Source: a virus (lineage: Duplodnaviria; Caudoviricetes). Taken from it: a stretch of DNA of 63,605 nucleotides. The position numbers were made by a program, and so were the translations under genes. The stretch is from the IMG/VR virus record IMGVR_UViG_3300046779_001075, positions 1 through 63,605 of that record; one strand, written 5' to 3'. This document shows, in pieces, positions 8,435 through 17,177 of this stretch (positions are counted from its first letter, which is position 1; each line of letters begins with the position of its first letter). The notes under the pieces are model-generated. The model searched no databases and was not told the origin of the DNA. It was given only the letters and a program-made list of their open reading frames with translations.

Positions 8435-8463
8435 GAACAACCCGACACGCTGTCTGATTGTTC
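8435..8463. promoter_or_regulatory. 29-bp spaced palindrome, copy 7
   Basis: GAAC AAC CCGACA CGC TGTCTG ATT GTTC. Confidence 0.85.
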
Positions 8464-8498
8464 CATTGGGGTAGGTGTTTCCCCCTATAAAATAATTC

Positions 8499-8526
8499 TT
8501 GACACTGTCTAATCCCCACCTATAAT
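8499..8526 (+). promoter_or_regulatory. sigma70 promoter for replication operon
   Basis: TTGACA-16 bp-TATAAT; spacer retains GTCTAAT seen in P1/P2. Confidence 0.85.
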
Positions 8527-8538
8527 TCATACACCGAC

Positions 8539-8865
8539 ATGGCAGCTACACCTGAGAAGAAGGTCAAGGATAAGGTAACAGCCATCTTGCGAAAGCACGA
8601 TGCCTACTACTTCTTCCCCGCGACTTACGGAATGGGCAGGGCTGGTATCCCCGACATCGTCGCGTGCTCCAATGGGCTCTTCATAGCCATCGAGTGCAAG
8701 GCGGGCAAGGGGAAGACGACGGCACTACAAGATAGAGAACTAGCGGCGATCAAAGAAGCTGGCGGTATCTCTACAGTAATCAACGAAACCAACATCGAGT
8801 TGGTCGAGAAAATCTTATCAGAGGTAAAACATGCTAGAGAAACTATTAAGGGCCCGGCTCCCTGA
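8539..8865 (+). CDS. VRR-NUC family nuclease
   Basis: TPEKKVK, GIPDIV, IECKAG, TALQ. Confidence 0.88.
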   Translation: MAATPEKKVKDKVTAILRKHDAYYFFPATYGMGRAGIPDIVACSNGLFIAIECKAGKGKTTALQDRELAAIKEAGGISTVINETNIELVEKILSEVKHARETIKGPAP

Positions 8866-9274
8866 ACAGATCGTCGCTCTCGTTGAGAAGCTCGAACAAG
8901 ACCCTGATACCAGTCACCTACAGAGGGTGGAGTGGCTGTTAAAAACTGACAGCTCTCGGTTCACGCGATACGAGCGCTGGGTCATAAAACGCGCATTGCG
9001 TAAAAGCCAAGACGTGGTACGCCGCGAAGAGACACTCAACCGTGTGATGAGTATCGTCATCAACGAGCCGGTCAAAGAAAAAGGCCCTGATGTATCTATG
9101 TACCCCAACCCCGGCTTGCAGGGTGCGGGTTTGTCGCTCCAACAACATGGCGCGTTGCACCAAGCTAATATTGCCCGAATACAAGCTGCCCAATTACAAG
9201 CGCAACACGACGCCCGCAACTACGCCCAAGGCTACACCGACACCCGCAGTTTGTACAACGGGAAACTTCTGTGA
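8831..9274 (+). CDS. Hypothetical protein
   Basis: GAGG RBS; overlaps both neighbours. Confidence 0.65.
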   Translation: MLEKLLRARLPEQIVALVEKLEQDPDTSHLQRVEWLLKTDSSRFTRYERWVIKRALRKSQDVVRREETLNRVMSIVINEPVKEKGPDVSMYPNPGLQGAGLSLQQHGALHQANIARIQAAQLQAQHDARNYAQGYTDTRSLYNGKLL

Positions 9275-11097
9275 TTACGATCGACTTCGAGACATACTAC
9301 GCGACTGACTTCTCGCTCACAAGACTCACGACCGAAGAGTATGTGCGCGACGACCGCTTCCAAGTTATCGGGGTAGCGGTCAAAGTAAACGACGGGCCGA
9401 CCGAATGGTTCAGTGGTGACTTCACGCAGACAGCAATGTGGCTTCACCGCTTTGAGTGGTCCGACCACTTCGTGTTAGCCCATAACGCAATGTTTGATGC
9501 CGCCATCATGACGTGGCGCTTTGGCATCCGCCCCAAGGCATGGCTGGATACGCTGTCTATGGCACGCGCCACGCTGGGGCCGAACGCCAAGGTGGGCCTT
9601 GCCTCCCTTGCAGAGCAGTACGGGCTTGGCGCAAAAGGTCTCGAAGTTAACGATGCCAAGGGTAAGCGGCTGGAGGACTTCACCCCACAAGAGTTGGCTG
9701 ACTACGGCGGCTACTGCGTCAACGACGTGGAGCTGACCTATAAGCTGTTTAAGGAACTCGATGCTGGCTTTCCTGTGAAAGAAAAGCGCCTGATTGACAT
9801 AACCATCCGCATGTTCAGCGACCCCATGTTGGAGTTGGACATTGAGGCACTGGAGGCGCACCTGAACGGCGTGCGTGAACGCAAGGCCAAGCTGTTCGAG
9901 ACATCAGGTATCACCAAAGAAGTGCTCAACAGTTCGGCTAAGTTCGCCGCCTTGTTACAGTCGCACGGTGTGCGGCCCCCGACCAAGATCAGCGCGACTA
10001 CGGGTAAGGAGACCTACGCCTTCGCCAAGAGCGATCAGGAGTTCGTTGCGTTGCTCGAGCACCCGAAAGAAGAAGTGCAAGCCATCGTTGCCGCTCGTAT
10101 CGGCGCGAAGTCAACACTGGAGGAGACACGCACAGAGCGCTTCATAGATATTGCCAATCGTGGCCCTATCCTCGTCTATCCACGCCGCATGCCCATCCCG
10201 TTGAAGTACTACGCCGCGCACACCGGGCGTTGGGGTGGCTCGGACAAGGTGAACCTTCAGAACCTGCCAAGTCGTGGGGCAGAGGGTGGCAAACTAAAAC
10301 GTTGCATCGTTGCACCTCGCGGGCATGTCATCATCGACTGTGACTCGTCTCAGATTGAGGCTCGTGTGCTGGCGTGGCTGGCAGGGGAGCAGACACTGCT
10401 TAAGTTGTTTCGCAACGGCGAGGACGTTTACAAATACATGGCGGCTCAGATATACAACAAACCGTTCGATCTTGTTACGCCAGAAGAACGCTTCATTGGC
10501 AAAACTACAGTGTTGGGCGCGGGTTACGGCATGGGCGGCGAGAAGTTCCAAGCGCAGTTGGCTAACATGGGCAAGGACGTTGACCTCGACATGTGCAAGC
10601 ACATCATCAAGCAGTACCGCCAATCCAACCGTGCTATCTCGAATTGGTGGCTGGAGCTGAACCAAGTATTGCAAGCGATCATGGCGGGCAAAGAAGTCGC
10701 GGTTGACAAGGTGGGCCTCATGACGACCAGCCCAATGCTGGGTATCGAGTTGCCCAACAATCTGTTCCTGAACTACCCTGAGTTGACCAAGGGCACGAAC
10801 AACGATTTCAGTTACATGACCCGTGCTGGGCGCAACCGTATCTATGGTGGCAAAGTGGCAGAGAACCTGTGCCAAGCCGTGGCCCGTTGCATCATCGGTG
10901 AGCAGATCATCGAGATCGAGAAGCGCCACCGTGTTGTGTTGACGGTGCATGACGCTGTTGCTTGCGTTGTGCCAGAAGACGAAGCCCAAGAAGCTCGTGC
11001 GTATATTGAGCAATGTATGCGTACATCACCCAAGTGGGCAAAAGATTTGCCCCTCAACTGCGAGTCAGGAATGGCTCGAACCTACGGAGATTGTTAA
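9271..11097 (+). CDS. polA: Family A DNA polymerase with 3'-5' exonuclease
   Basis: DFETY, HNAMFD, HTGRW, NLQNLP, motif A DSSQIEAR, motif B KTTVLGAGYG, motif C VHD. Confidence 0.95.
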   Translation: MITIDFETYYATDFSLTRLTTEEYVRDDRFQVIGVAVKVNDGPTEWFSGDFTQTAMWLHRFEWSDHFVLAHNAMFDAAIMTWRFGIRPKAWLDTLSMARATLGPNAKVGLASLAEQYGLGAKGLEVNDAKGKRLEDFTPQELADYGGYCVNDVELTYKLFKELDAGFPVKEKRLIDITIRMFSDPMLELDIEALEAHLNGVRERKAKLFETSGITKEVLNSSAKFAALLQSHGVRPPTKISATTGKETYAFAKSDQEFVALLEHPKEEVQAIVAARIGAKSTLEETRTERFIDIANRGPILVYPRRMPIPLKYYAAHTGRWGGSDKVNLQNLPSRGAEGGKLKRCIVAPRGHVIIDCDSSQIEARVLAWLAGEQTLLKLFRNGEDVYKYMAAQIYNKPFDLVTPEERFIGKTTVLGAGYGMGGEKFQAQLANMGKDVDLDMCKHIIKQYRQSNRAISNWWLELNQVLQAIMAGKEVAVDKVGLMTTSPMLGIELPNNLFLNYPELTKGTNNDFSYMTRAGRNRIYGGKVAENLCQAVARCIIGEQIIEIEKRHRVVLTVHDAVACVVPEDEAQEARAYIEQCMRTSPKWAKDLPLNCESGMARTYGDC

Positions 11098-11765
11098 TGA
11101 CAAAGCCCATCACATGGTCGTACAGCAGTTTGGCCCTGTATCAGCAGTGCCCTAAGAAGTACTACCACCTCAAGGTCGCCAAAGACGTCAAGGAAGAGTT
11201 GGGTGAAGCCATTGTCTTCGGCAACGAGATTCACAAGATAGCTGAGCTATACGTTAGTAAAGATCAACCTATTCCAGAGAAATACAAGAGCATCGAGCCA
11301 GCGCTCAAAGTTCTGAAGGACATGCCCGGCGAGAAGCTGTGCGAGAACAAGCTGGGCCTGACCGCTGACCTGAAGCCCTGTGGGTTCTTCGACAAGAAGG
11401 TGTGGTGGCGCGGCATCGCTGACATCATCATCTTGCAGGGCGACACGGCGCTGACTGTGGACTACAAAACGGGCAAAAGCAGCAAATACGCAGACCTCAA
11501 GCAGTTGGAGATTCTGTCGCTGGCTCTGTTCAAACACTTCCCCCACGTCAAGAAAGTGAAAGCAGGGCTCATGTTCCTGTTCGCTGATGACTTCGTCAAG
11601 ACTGCGTACTCCGCTGATTCACAGAGCGAGCTGTGGACATCGTGGGTATCAGATGTTGGACAACTTGAGCAATCTGTCGTTAACGACGTATGGAACGCCA
11701 AGCCCAACTTTACATGCCGGGGCTGGTGCCCTGTGCACACATGTGACCACAACCAAGGAAACTAA
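11097..11765 (+). CDS. PD-(D/E)XK exonuclease, Cas4/RecB-like with Fe-S cysteines
   Basis: WSYSS...QCP, GIAD, VDYKTGK, C-terminal CRGWCPVHTC. Confidence 0.87.
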   Translation: MTKPITWSYSSLALYQQCPKKYYHLKVAKDVKEELGEAIVFGNEIHKIAELYVSKDQPIPEKYKSIEPALKVLKDMPGEKLCENKLGLTADLKPCGFFDKKVWWRGIADIIILQGDTALTVDYKTGKSSKYADLKQLEILSLALFKHFPHVKKVKAGLMFLFADDFVKTAYSADSQSELWTSWVSDVGQLEQSVVNDVWNAKPNFTCRGWCPVHTCDHNQGN

Positions 11766-11767
11766 AA

Positions 11768-12199
11768 ATGAAACGCTCTCAATCACAAGCGCAGAGAATC
11801 CGTGACTACTTCGCCAAACACCCCGGCAAAACTGTGCCTGAAGTTGCTAAGGCAATGGGGCTGAAGTACCAAATCGTGTACATGGTCAAGCGAAATATGG
11901 ACAGTAAGAAAACCCCCAAGCAAGAATGGAAGGTCGTGCACGTCAGCACCTCCGACAACAGCATCGAACATGCCATGCACGTTGAAATGCACGAGCCAGC
12001 TTCTGACCCTGTGAACCACCCCGCCCATTACAAATATGGTGGCATTGAGACTATCGACTTCATCGAAGCCAAGGAGCTTGGGTACAACTTGGGTAATGTA
12101 GTGAAGTACATCACCCGTTCTGACCACAAGGGCAACCGCAAGCAAGACCTTGAGAAAGCTGCTTGGTATCTTCAGCGCGAGCTATCGCACATGTCATGA
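11768..12199 (+). CDS. HTH-like N-terminus fused to DUF3310 (SaV-like) domain
   Basis: DPVNHPAHY...IETIDFI...GNVVKY...DLEKAAWYL. Confidence 0.8.
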   Translation: MKRSQSQAQRIRDYFAKHPGKTVPEVAKAMGLKYQIVYMVKRNMDSKKTPKQEWKVVHVSTSDNSIEHAMHVEMHEPASDPVNHPAHYKYGGIETIDFIEAKELGYNLGNVVKYITRSDHKGNRKQDLEKAAWYLQRELSHMS

Positions 12200-12438
12200 A
12201 AATCGCCCGCAGTTTACGCAAGCAGATAAAGGAGTACGAGCGCGAGGGCTTCCATGTCATCGCCATAGAGAACCGCGCTGGCTCCCACAAGATGTTGCGT
12301 TTTGCGGAGTTTTCTGAGCCGCAAGTTGTGACCAGTTCAAAGTCTGACTGGCGGGCGTTGAAGAACAATATAGCGAGGTTCCGCCGATTGGCGGAACAAT
12401 CCACAACTACAAAGAGAGAAGATGAAAGCAATACTTGA
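12196..12438 (+). CDS. Small protein, HicA-like fold possible
   Basis: EGF...GSHKML...SSKSDWRALKN. Confidence 0.45.
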   Translation: MKIARSLRKQIKEYEREGFHVIAIENRAGSHKMLRFAEFSEPQVVTSSKSDWRALKNNIARFRRLAEQSTTTKREDESNT

Positions 12439-12628
12439 GTTCAACTACCCCGACGACGAGATCAAGTTGCGTCGGGCCATTCACTGCCACGAAGCGTTCG
12501 ACACACTGTGGACCATCAAGAACAAGGTGAACAGACGATTCACCCACAAGGCCGATCTCGAAGATGTACTGCGTTATGTCCAAGAGATAACCGATGACGC
12601 GCTAAGGATTTCAGGAGAAGATGTATGA
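12422..12628 (+). CDS. Hypothetical protein
   Basis: Operon packing. Confidence 0.65.
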   Translation: MKAILEFNYPDDEIKLRRAIHCHEAFDTLWTIKNKVNRRFTHKADLEDVLRYVQEITDDALRISGEDV

Positions 12629-12825
12629 GCAATACGAAGACAGGTGGACACGCCTTCCCAACAAGCCAAATTGCTGACTCTGATGGCATGACCTTGCGTG
12701 ACTACTTTGCAGCCAAGGCGATGCAAGGAATGATGGTTGACGGCATACATGAAAATGACTTTGCTTGGGCCTCTGCACAGGCCTACAAAGTGGCCGATGC
12801 CATGCTGAAAGCGAGGGGCGTATGA
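12625..12825 (+). CDS. Conserved small phage protein
   Basis: AFP...GMTLRDYFAAKAMQG...AYKVADAML motif common in proteobacterial phages. Confidence 0.8.
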   Translation: MSNTKTGGHAFPTSQIADSDGMTLRDYFAAKAMQGMMVDGIHENDFAWASAQAYKVADAMLKARGV

Positions 12826-12929
12826 CTTGGCCGTTCCCACCACCCACTGGCCCCGTGCCGTGGACACCAGAGCAGATCAGACAGTACGAGCAACAAAAGC
12901 GCGAGAGCGCAGGAGAAGCATTGCTATGA
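12822..12929 (+). CDS. 35-aa Pro-rich peptide (not in ORF track)
   Basis: MTWPFPPPTGPVPWTPEQIRQYEQQKRESAGEALL; ATGA overlaps at both ends. Confidence 0.65.
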   Translation: MTWPFPPPTGPVPWTPEQIRQYEQQKRESAGEALL

Positions 12930-13249
12930 GACACATACTCTTAACGACTGCACTACTTTGTGGTGGTGCACAGGCGCAGTTCTTCACGGGCAACGACTTG
13001 CTGACTCGCCTTAACTCAGACATACCGGTTGATCGTGGTCTTGGCATGGGGTTCATCATGGGTGTGTATGACGCAACACTGACGATTGAACACTGCCCAC
13101 CATCCAACGTGACGGCTGGTCAGGTCAGGGACATGGTGGCAAAAAACCTGTACAGCGGAGCCGCCGCCCGACACCTACCCGCTGAAGCGTTTATCACCTA
13201 CACACTCGGGGCCGCATGGCCCTGCCCAAAGAAAGGAAAGGGCGTATGA
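12926..13249 (+). CDS. Rap1a/Tai-like secreted immunity protein
   Basis: Signal peptide ending AQA, TGNDLL, GFIMGVYD, CPP..VT.GQ, RHLPA, AWPC; AGGAG RBS. Confidence 0.8.
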   Translation: MRHILLTTALLCGGAQAQFFTGNDLLTRLNSDIPVDRGLGMGFIMGVYDATLTIEHCPPSNVTAGQVRDMVAKNLYSGAAARHLPAEAFITYTLGAAWPCPKKGKGV

Positions 13250-13476
13250 CTAACGACTTTAACCCTGATTGGCTGTGCGTATGCGGTGACTTAACTACGC
13301 TGGGTATTGTTCATCGCAAAGACGGCCCTTGTTACATACCCGATAAGCGTGAATGGGTTGGGCTGACGGATGAGGAAATACAAGCGGAGTGGTTGCTTAC
13401 ACCACAGCACGATAAAGCAGAAGGCATCTGGTTTGGTCGCAGACTTGAAGCCAAACTCAAGGAACTCAACACATGA
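13246..13476 (+). CDS. Hypothetical protein
   Basis: REWVGLTDEEI...EAKLKELN motif of small phage proteins. Confidence 0.7.
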   Translation: MTNDFNPDWLCVCGDLTTLGIVHRKDGPCYIPDKREWVGLTDEEIQAEWLLTPQHDKAEGIWFGRRLEAKLKELNT

Positions 13477-13709
13477 ACATCACAATTTTTACCAAGCACG
13501 GCTGTCCAAATTGCACGACGGCCAAGAACCTGCTGGCAAGCAAAGGGCTGGGGTACATCGAGATGCACGACCAGACGGACGAGTTTGAGTTTGAGAAGAT
13601 GCTCAAGGCTCACCCTGAAGTGCGGCAGATGCCACAGATTTTTATCGAAGGCCAGCGTGTTGGCGGCTTGGCTGGACTGCAAGCGGCGTTGAAGGAGATG
13701 GGGTTATGA
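13473..13709 (+). CDS. grx: Glutaredoxin
   Basis: CPNC active site, MPQIFI, VGG. Confidence 0.93.
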   Translation: MNITIFTKHGCPNCTTAKNLLASKGLGYIEMHDQTDEFEFEKMLKAHPEVRQMPQIFIEGQRVGGLAGLQAALKEMGL

Positions 13710-13798
13710 CTGAGTGCCAGCATCGTTGGGAGCCTGTCGAGGGGCAACCCGTTTACAAGTGCGCCAAGTGCGGCGTGTTCATGAGGATTATCAAATGA
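13706..13798 (+). CDS. 30-aa zinc-ribbon peptide (not in ORF track)
   Basis: MTECQHRWEPVEGQPVYKCAKCGVFMRIIK; ATGA overlaps. Confidence 0.6.
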   Translation: MTECQHRWEPVEGQPVYKCAKCGVFMRIIK

Positions 13799-13947
13799 CT
13801 AAAGAAGAAGCCCTGCAAACAATCAAACTACTGTCCGCGCTGGAGTCGTGGGCGTTCAGCACAAAGACTTCGTTGCCCGACTACCTGCACGACGACTTGC
13901 AAGGGGCAATGAAAGTTCTTGAGAAAATCGTACTGGAGAAGCAATGA
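13795..13947 (+). CDS. Hypothetical protein
   Basis: GAGG RBS; ATGA overlaps. Confidence 0.6.
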   Translation: MTKEEALQTIKLLSALESWAFSTKTSLPDYLHDDLQGAMKVLEKIVLEKQ

Positions 13948-14246
13948 CCCCTGTGCGTCAGAAAAGAATCCGCACACTGCTACGCACAAGGCCGAGCGGC
14001 ATGTCGCCACTGGAGATTGCCGAGGCGCTTGGCATGCACCCAGCTAACGTACGCACTTCTTTGAGGGCTATGCCAGATGTGTATGTTGACCGCTGGCGCT
14101 TGGGTGGCCGTGGTCAGTACGAGAAGGTGTGGGTTGCAGTGCATGTGCCAGAGGACTGCCCTCACCCCAAAGACCGCACCAAGTGGGGCGTTCACCACAA
14201 GAAACCAAAGACCCAGTGGGTCATAACCGAAGGAGTAAGAGCATGA
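13944..14246 (+). CDS. Winged-HTH-like protein, paralog A
   Basis: GMSPLEIAEALG...NVRTSL...MPDVYVDRW...VPEDCPHP. Confidence 0.65.
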   Translation: MTPVRQKRIRTLLRTRPSGMSPLEIAEALGMHPANVRTSLRAMPDVYVDRWRLGGRGQYEKVWVAVHVPEDCPHPKDRTKWGVHHKKPKTQWVITEGVRA

Positions 14247-14635
14247 AGGTTGGGTTTACCTGCTCTTGTTTTGACCTGCTACACGCTGGACACATCGCCA
14301 TGTTGCGCGAGGCTAGTAGCGTTTGCGACTATCTTATCGTAGGGCTTCAGACCGACCCGAGCATTGACGGGCGTAAGCCAAAACCTGTGCAGACGGTGTA
14401 CGAACGCTACCTCCAGTTGGATGGGTGTAAGTACGTGGACAAGATCATCCCCTACGACACCGAGGACGACCTGATGAATCTTTTGCTCACACTCCCGATT
14501 GACATTCGGGTTATTGGGGATGAGTATCAGTTCCAAGACTACACAGGCAAGGGATTGCACGAGGTCTATTACAACAAGCGGCGACATTCGTGGAGCAGCT
14601 CATCATTGAAACAAAGAATTAAGGAGAGAACATGA
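14243..14635 (+). CDS. Cytidylyltransferase (TagD/glycerol-3-phosphate type)
   Basis: FDLLHAGH (HxGH), LIVGLQTD, ERY..L, IGDEY, SSSSLK. Confidence 0.9.
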   Translation: MKVGFTCSCFDLLHAGHIAMLREASSVCDYLIVGLQTDPSIDGRKPKPVQTVYERYLQLDGCKYVDKIIPYDTEDDLMNLLLTLPIDIRVIGDEYQFQDYTGKGLHEVYYNKRRHSWSSSSLKQRIKERT

Positions 14636-14922
14636 CTTGTAATTGCCACCCCAACTCACCGTTCCACTGGCACGAAGACCCACGACCCAGCATCTTCTAT
14701 GAGGACCACACCTTCCGTGCCAAGGGCGCTGACGGTAAGAGCGGCTCACAGATTGCCACCGACTTTGTTGAATCCCAACGGGGTGTAGGCAGAATGTCCG
14801 GCACGATTCAAAGCCTCAGCAAGAAAGACAAAGAGCTGGCTGTGGTTGCGTACAAACAGTTCGGTATCTTCAGCCGCGCTCAACCCAATGTGAAACCGTC
14901 TCCGAACAAACACGAACTATGA
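14632..14922 (+). CDS. Hypothetical protein
   Basis: AAGGAG RBS; operon packing. Confidence 0.65.
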   Translation: MTCNCHPNSPFHWHEDPRPSIFYEDHTFRAKGADGKSGSQIATDFVESQRGVGRMSGTIQSLSKKDKELAVVAYKQFGIFSRAQPNVKPSPNKHEL

Positions 14923-15182
14923 GAACCAACACAACGCACTCGGTGCGAACACTACTCAGAGAAAACTCTGACGGTATGGACGTAGGCACCATCGCCAACA
15001 ACCTAAACAGAGAACCCGAGAACGTGCGTCGAATCCTAAAGACCATGCCAGACGCGTACATTGACAGGTGGACACACTTCGGCGGGACCGGCATGCCCAG
15101 CGCCATATGGTGCGTCGTAGTGCCCCCAGAAAATTGCCCCAGACCAGATGCCAAACGAGGAAAAAAGCGTAATGAAAACTGA
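14919..15182 (+). CDS. Winged-HTH-like protein, paralog B
   Basis: GMDVGTIANNL...NVRRIL...MPDAYIDRW...PPENCPRP. Confidence 0.65.
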   Translation: MRTNTTHSVRTLLRENSDGMDVGTIANNLNREPENVRRILKTMPDAYIDRWTHFGGTGMPSAIWCVVVPPENCPRPDAKRGKKRNEN

Positions 15183-15399
15183 ACTCATCGACTATGCCGC
15201 ACCCATGATGCGCGTTGAAAAATTGCTGAAAGAAATGCACAATTCATTGTTGGACAAGGACATGCTTACCGCTCACGAGAAAGCACTCGCGCTGATCGTG
15301 GAATCGCGTGTCCTCTGTAACACCCTCATCCTCATGAAAGAACAGGAAGCCGAACATGCCTTACGTCAACAAACCCAGACCGTACAAAAAAGAGTATGA
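15172..15399 (+). CDS. Hypothetical protein
   Basis: GAGG RBS; helical. Confidence 0.6.
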   Translation: MKTELIDYAAPMMRVEKLLKEMHNSLLDKDMLTAHEKALALIVESRVLCNTLILMKEQEAEHALRQQTQTVQKRV

Positions 15400-15610
15400 G
15401 CAACAGCAAGAACGTGGCGAGTTGCCCAACCGTATGGAGCGCCAGCGGGCGCGGCGAAAGCTCGACGCCAAAGGCGTTGACCGTACGGGCAAGGACGTAG
15501 CCCACGTGAAAGCTCTGAGCAAGGGCGGCTCCAACAAGGACGGCGTGAAACTTCAAGCCCCTTCAAAGAACCGCTCTTTCAAACGCAACCCTGACAGCTC
15601 AATGAAGTAA
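15356..15610 (+). CDS. Small HNH endonuclease-like protein
   Basis: GKDVAHVKALSKGGSN...SKNRS. Confidence 0.7.
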   Translation: MPYVNKPRPYKKEYEQQQERGELPNRMERQRARRKLDAKGVDRTGKDVAHVKALSKGGSNKDGVKLQAPSKNRSFKRNPDSSMK

Positions 15611-15611
15611 C

Positions 15612-17177
15612 ATGCAAATTCTGGCCGACCACACTCTTGTGGTACGAACTAAGCATCCCGGTCGTGTGCTAGAGACCGTGCCTAATAGCAAAGTCGCCCA
15701 TGACTATGGCGATGGTCGCTATGAAGTGTCCCTTAACTGGGACCTTCCATCTGCCCAGACTCTGAGCAGGTTCATGAAGAACGTGCCTTCTCCTATTAAG
15801 CGGGACTACAACTGGCCCCGCCCGATGGGGTTCACACCGTTCGATCATCAGAAAGAAACAGCTTCGTTCCTTTCTCTGCGTAAGCGAGCCTTCTGCTTCA
15901 ACGAGCAGGGCACGGGCAAGACAGCATCCGTCATCTGGGCGGCTGACTACTTAATCAAGGCGGGCGTGGTCAAGCGCGTACTCGTCGTGTGCCCTCTGTC
16001 GATCATGCAGAGCGCGTGGCAACAAGACTTGTTTAAGTTCGCCGTGCACCGTCGTGTGGACGTAGCGTATGGCGACGCAAAGAAGCGCAACAAGATCGCC
16101 AACAGCAGTGCCGAGTTCGTCATCATCAACTATGATGGACTGCCCTCTATTGCTGAGGACGCCATCAAGAACAATCTGTTTGACCTGATCGTGATTGACG
16201 AAGCTAACGCCTACAAGAACGTACAAACCAAGCGTTGGAAACTGATGCGTAAGCTCGTGACCGACAAGACGTTCCTGTGGATGTTGACCGGCACGCCTGC
16301 GGCGCAAACACCTACCGATGCCTACGGCTTGGGGAAACTGTGCGTACCAGAACGCGCACCGCGTTTCTACGGCGACTTCCGTGAGTCTGTCATGCAGAAC
16401 TTCGGTATGTTCCGATGGGAGCCGCGCCCTGATGCAGAGAAGATCGTGCACGAGCTCTTGCAACCAGCCATCCGCTTCGAGAAGAAGGACTGTTTGGACC
16501 TGCCCGACGTTACGTTCGTAGAGCGTGAAGCACCGCTGACACCCACACAACGCAAGTACTACAAGGAGCTCAAAGACCAGATGCTGCTTGAGACAGCGGG
16601 CGAGGAGATCAGCACGGTCAATGCGGCGGCGCGTATGAACAAACTGCTCCAGATTTCCTGTGGCACTGTGTACAGCGACAGCGGCGCGGTGGTGGAGTTC
16701 GATGTATCGAGCCGACTCAATGTGGTCGAGGAGGTCATCGAAGAAGCAAGCCACAAGGTGTTGGTGTTCGCACCGTTCCGTCATGCCATCGAGATGCTCC
16801 ACGCCCACCTGACCAAGGCGGGCATAGCATGCGAAGTGATTCACGGCGACGTGCCTGTGCGTAAACGCACGGACATCTTCAAGCGCTTCCAAGAGAAGAA
16901 CGATCTGAAGGTGTTGGTCATCCAGCCGCAAGCCGCATCACACGGTGTCACTCTGACTGCCGCTAACGTCATCGTGTGGTACGCGCCTGTCACGTCCACT
17001 GAGACCTACCTGCAAGCCAACGCACGTATTGATCGGCCCGGCCAGCGCAACCCAATGACCATCGTGCACATCGAGGGCAGTCCTGTCGAGCGCAAGCTGT
17101 ACCGCATGCTGCGCGAGAACATTACGAACCACACAAAAGTGATTGATCTTTACAAAAATGAGCTGTCAGATACTTGA
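15612..17177 (+). CDS. SNF2-family superfamily 2 helicase
   Basis: QGTGKT, VIDEAN, LTGTP, HGVTLTAA, QANARIDRPGQ. Confidence 0.93.
   Translation: MQILADHTLVVRTKHPGRVLETVPNSKVAHDYGDGRYEVSLNWDLPSAQTLSRFMKNVPSPIKRDYNWPRPMGFTPFDHQKETASFLSLRKRAFCFNEQGTGKTASVIWAADYLIKAGVVKRVLVVCPLSIMQSAWQQDLFKFAVHRRVDVAYGDAKKRNKIANSSAEFVIINYDGLPSIAEDAIKNNLFDLIVIDEANAYKNVQTKRWKLMRKLVTDKTFLWMLTGTPAAQTPTDAYGLGKLCVPERAPRFYGDFRESVMQNFGMFRWEPRPDAEKIVHELLQPAIRFEKKDCLDLPDVTFVEREAPLTPTQRKYYKELKDQMLLETAGEEISTVNAAARMNKLLQISCGTVYSDSGAVVEFDVSSRLNVVEEVIEEASHKVLVFAPFRHAIEMLHAHLTKAGIACEVIHGDVPVRKRTDIFKRFQEKNDLKVLVIQPQAASHGVTLTAANVIVWYAPVTSTETYLQANARIDRPGQRNPMTIVHIEGSPVERKLYRMLRENITNHTKVIDLYKNELSDT

Noticed and set aside
946-8463. 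29-bp palindromes as a CRISPR array or LexA boxes
   Set aside because: Copies are separated by whole genes and there is no cas operon; GAAC-N21-GTTC does not match the LexA spacings I know (GAAC-N4-GTTC, GTTC-N7-GTTC, CTGT-N8-ACAG)
11097-11765. Cas4-like gene as evidence of CRISPR-Cas
   Set aside because: Stand-alone exonuclease next to PolA is a normal phage replication gene
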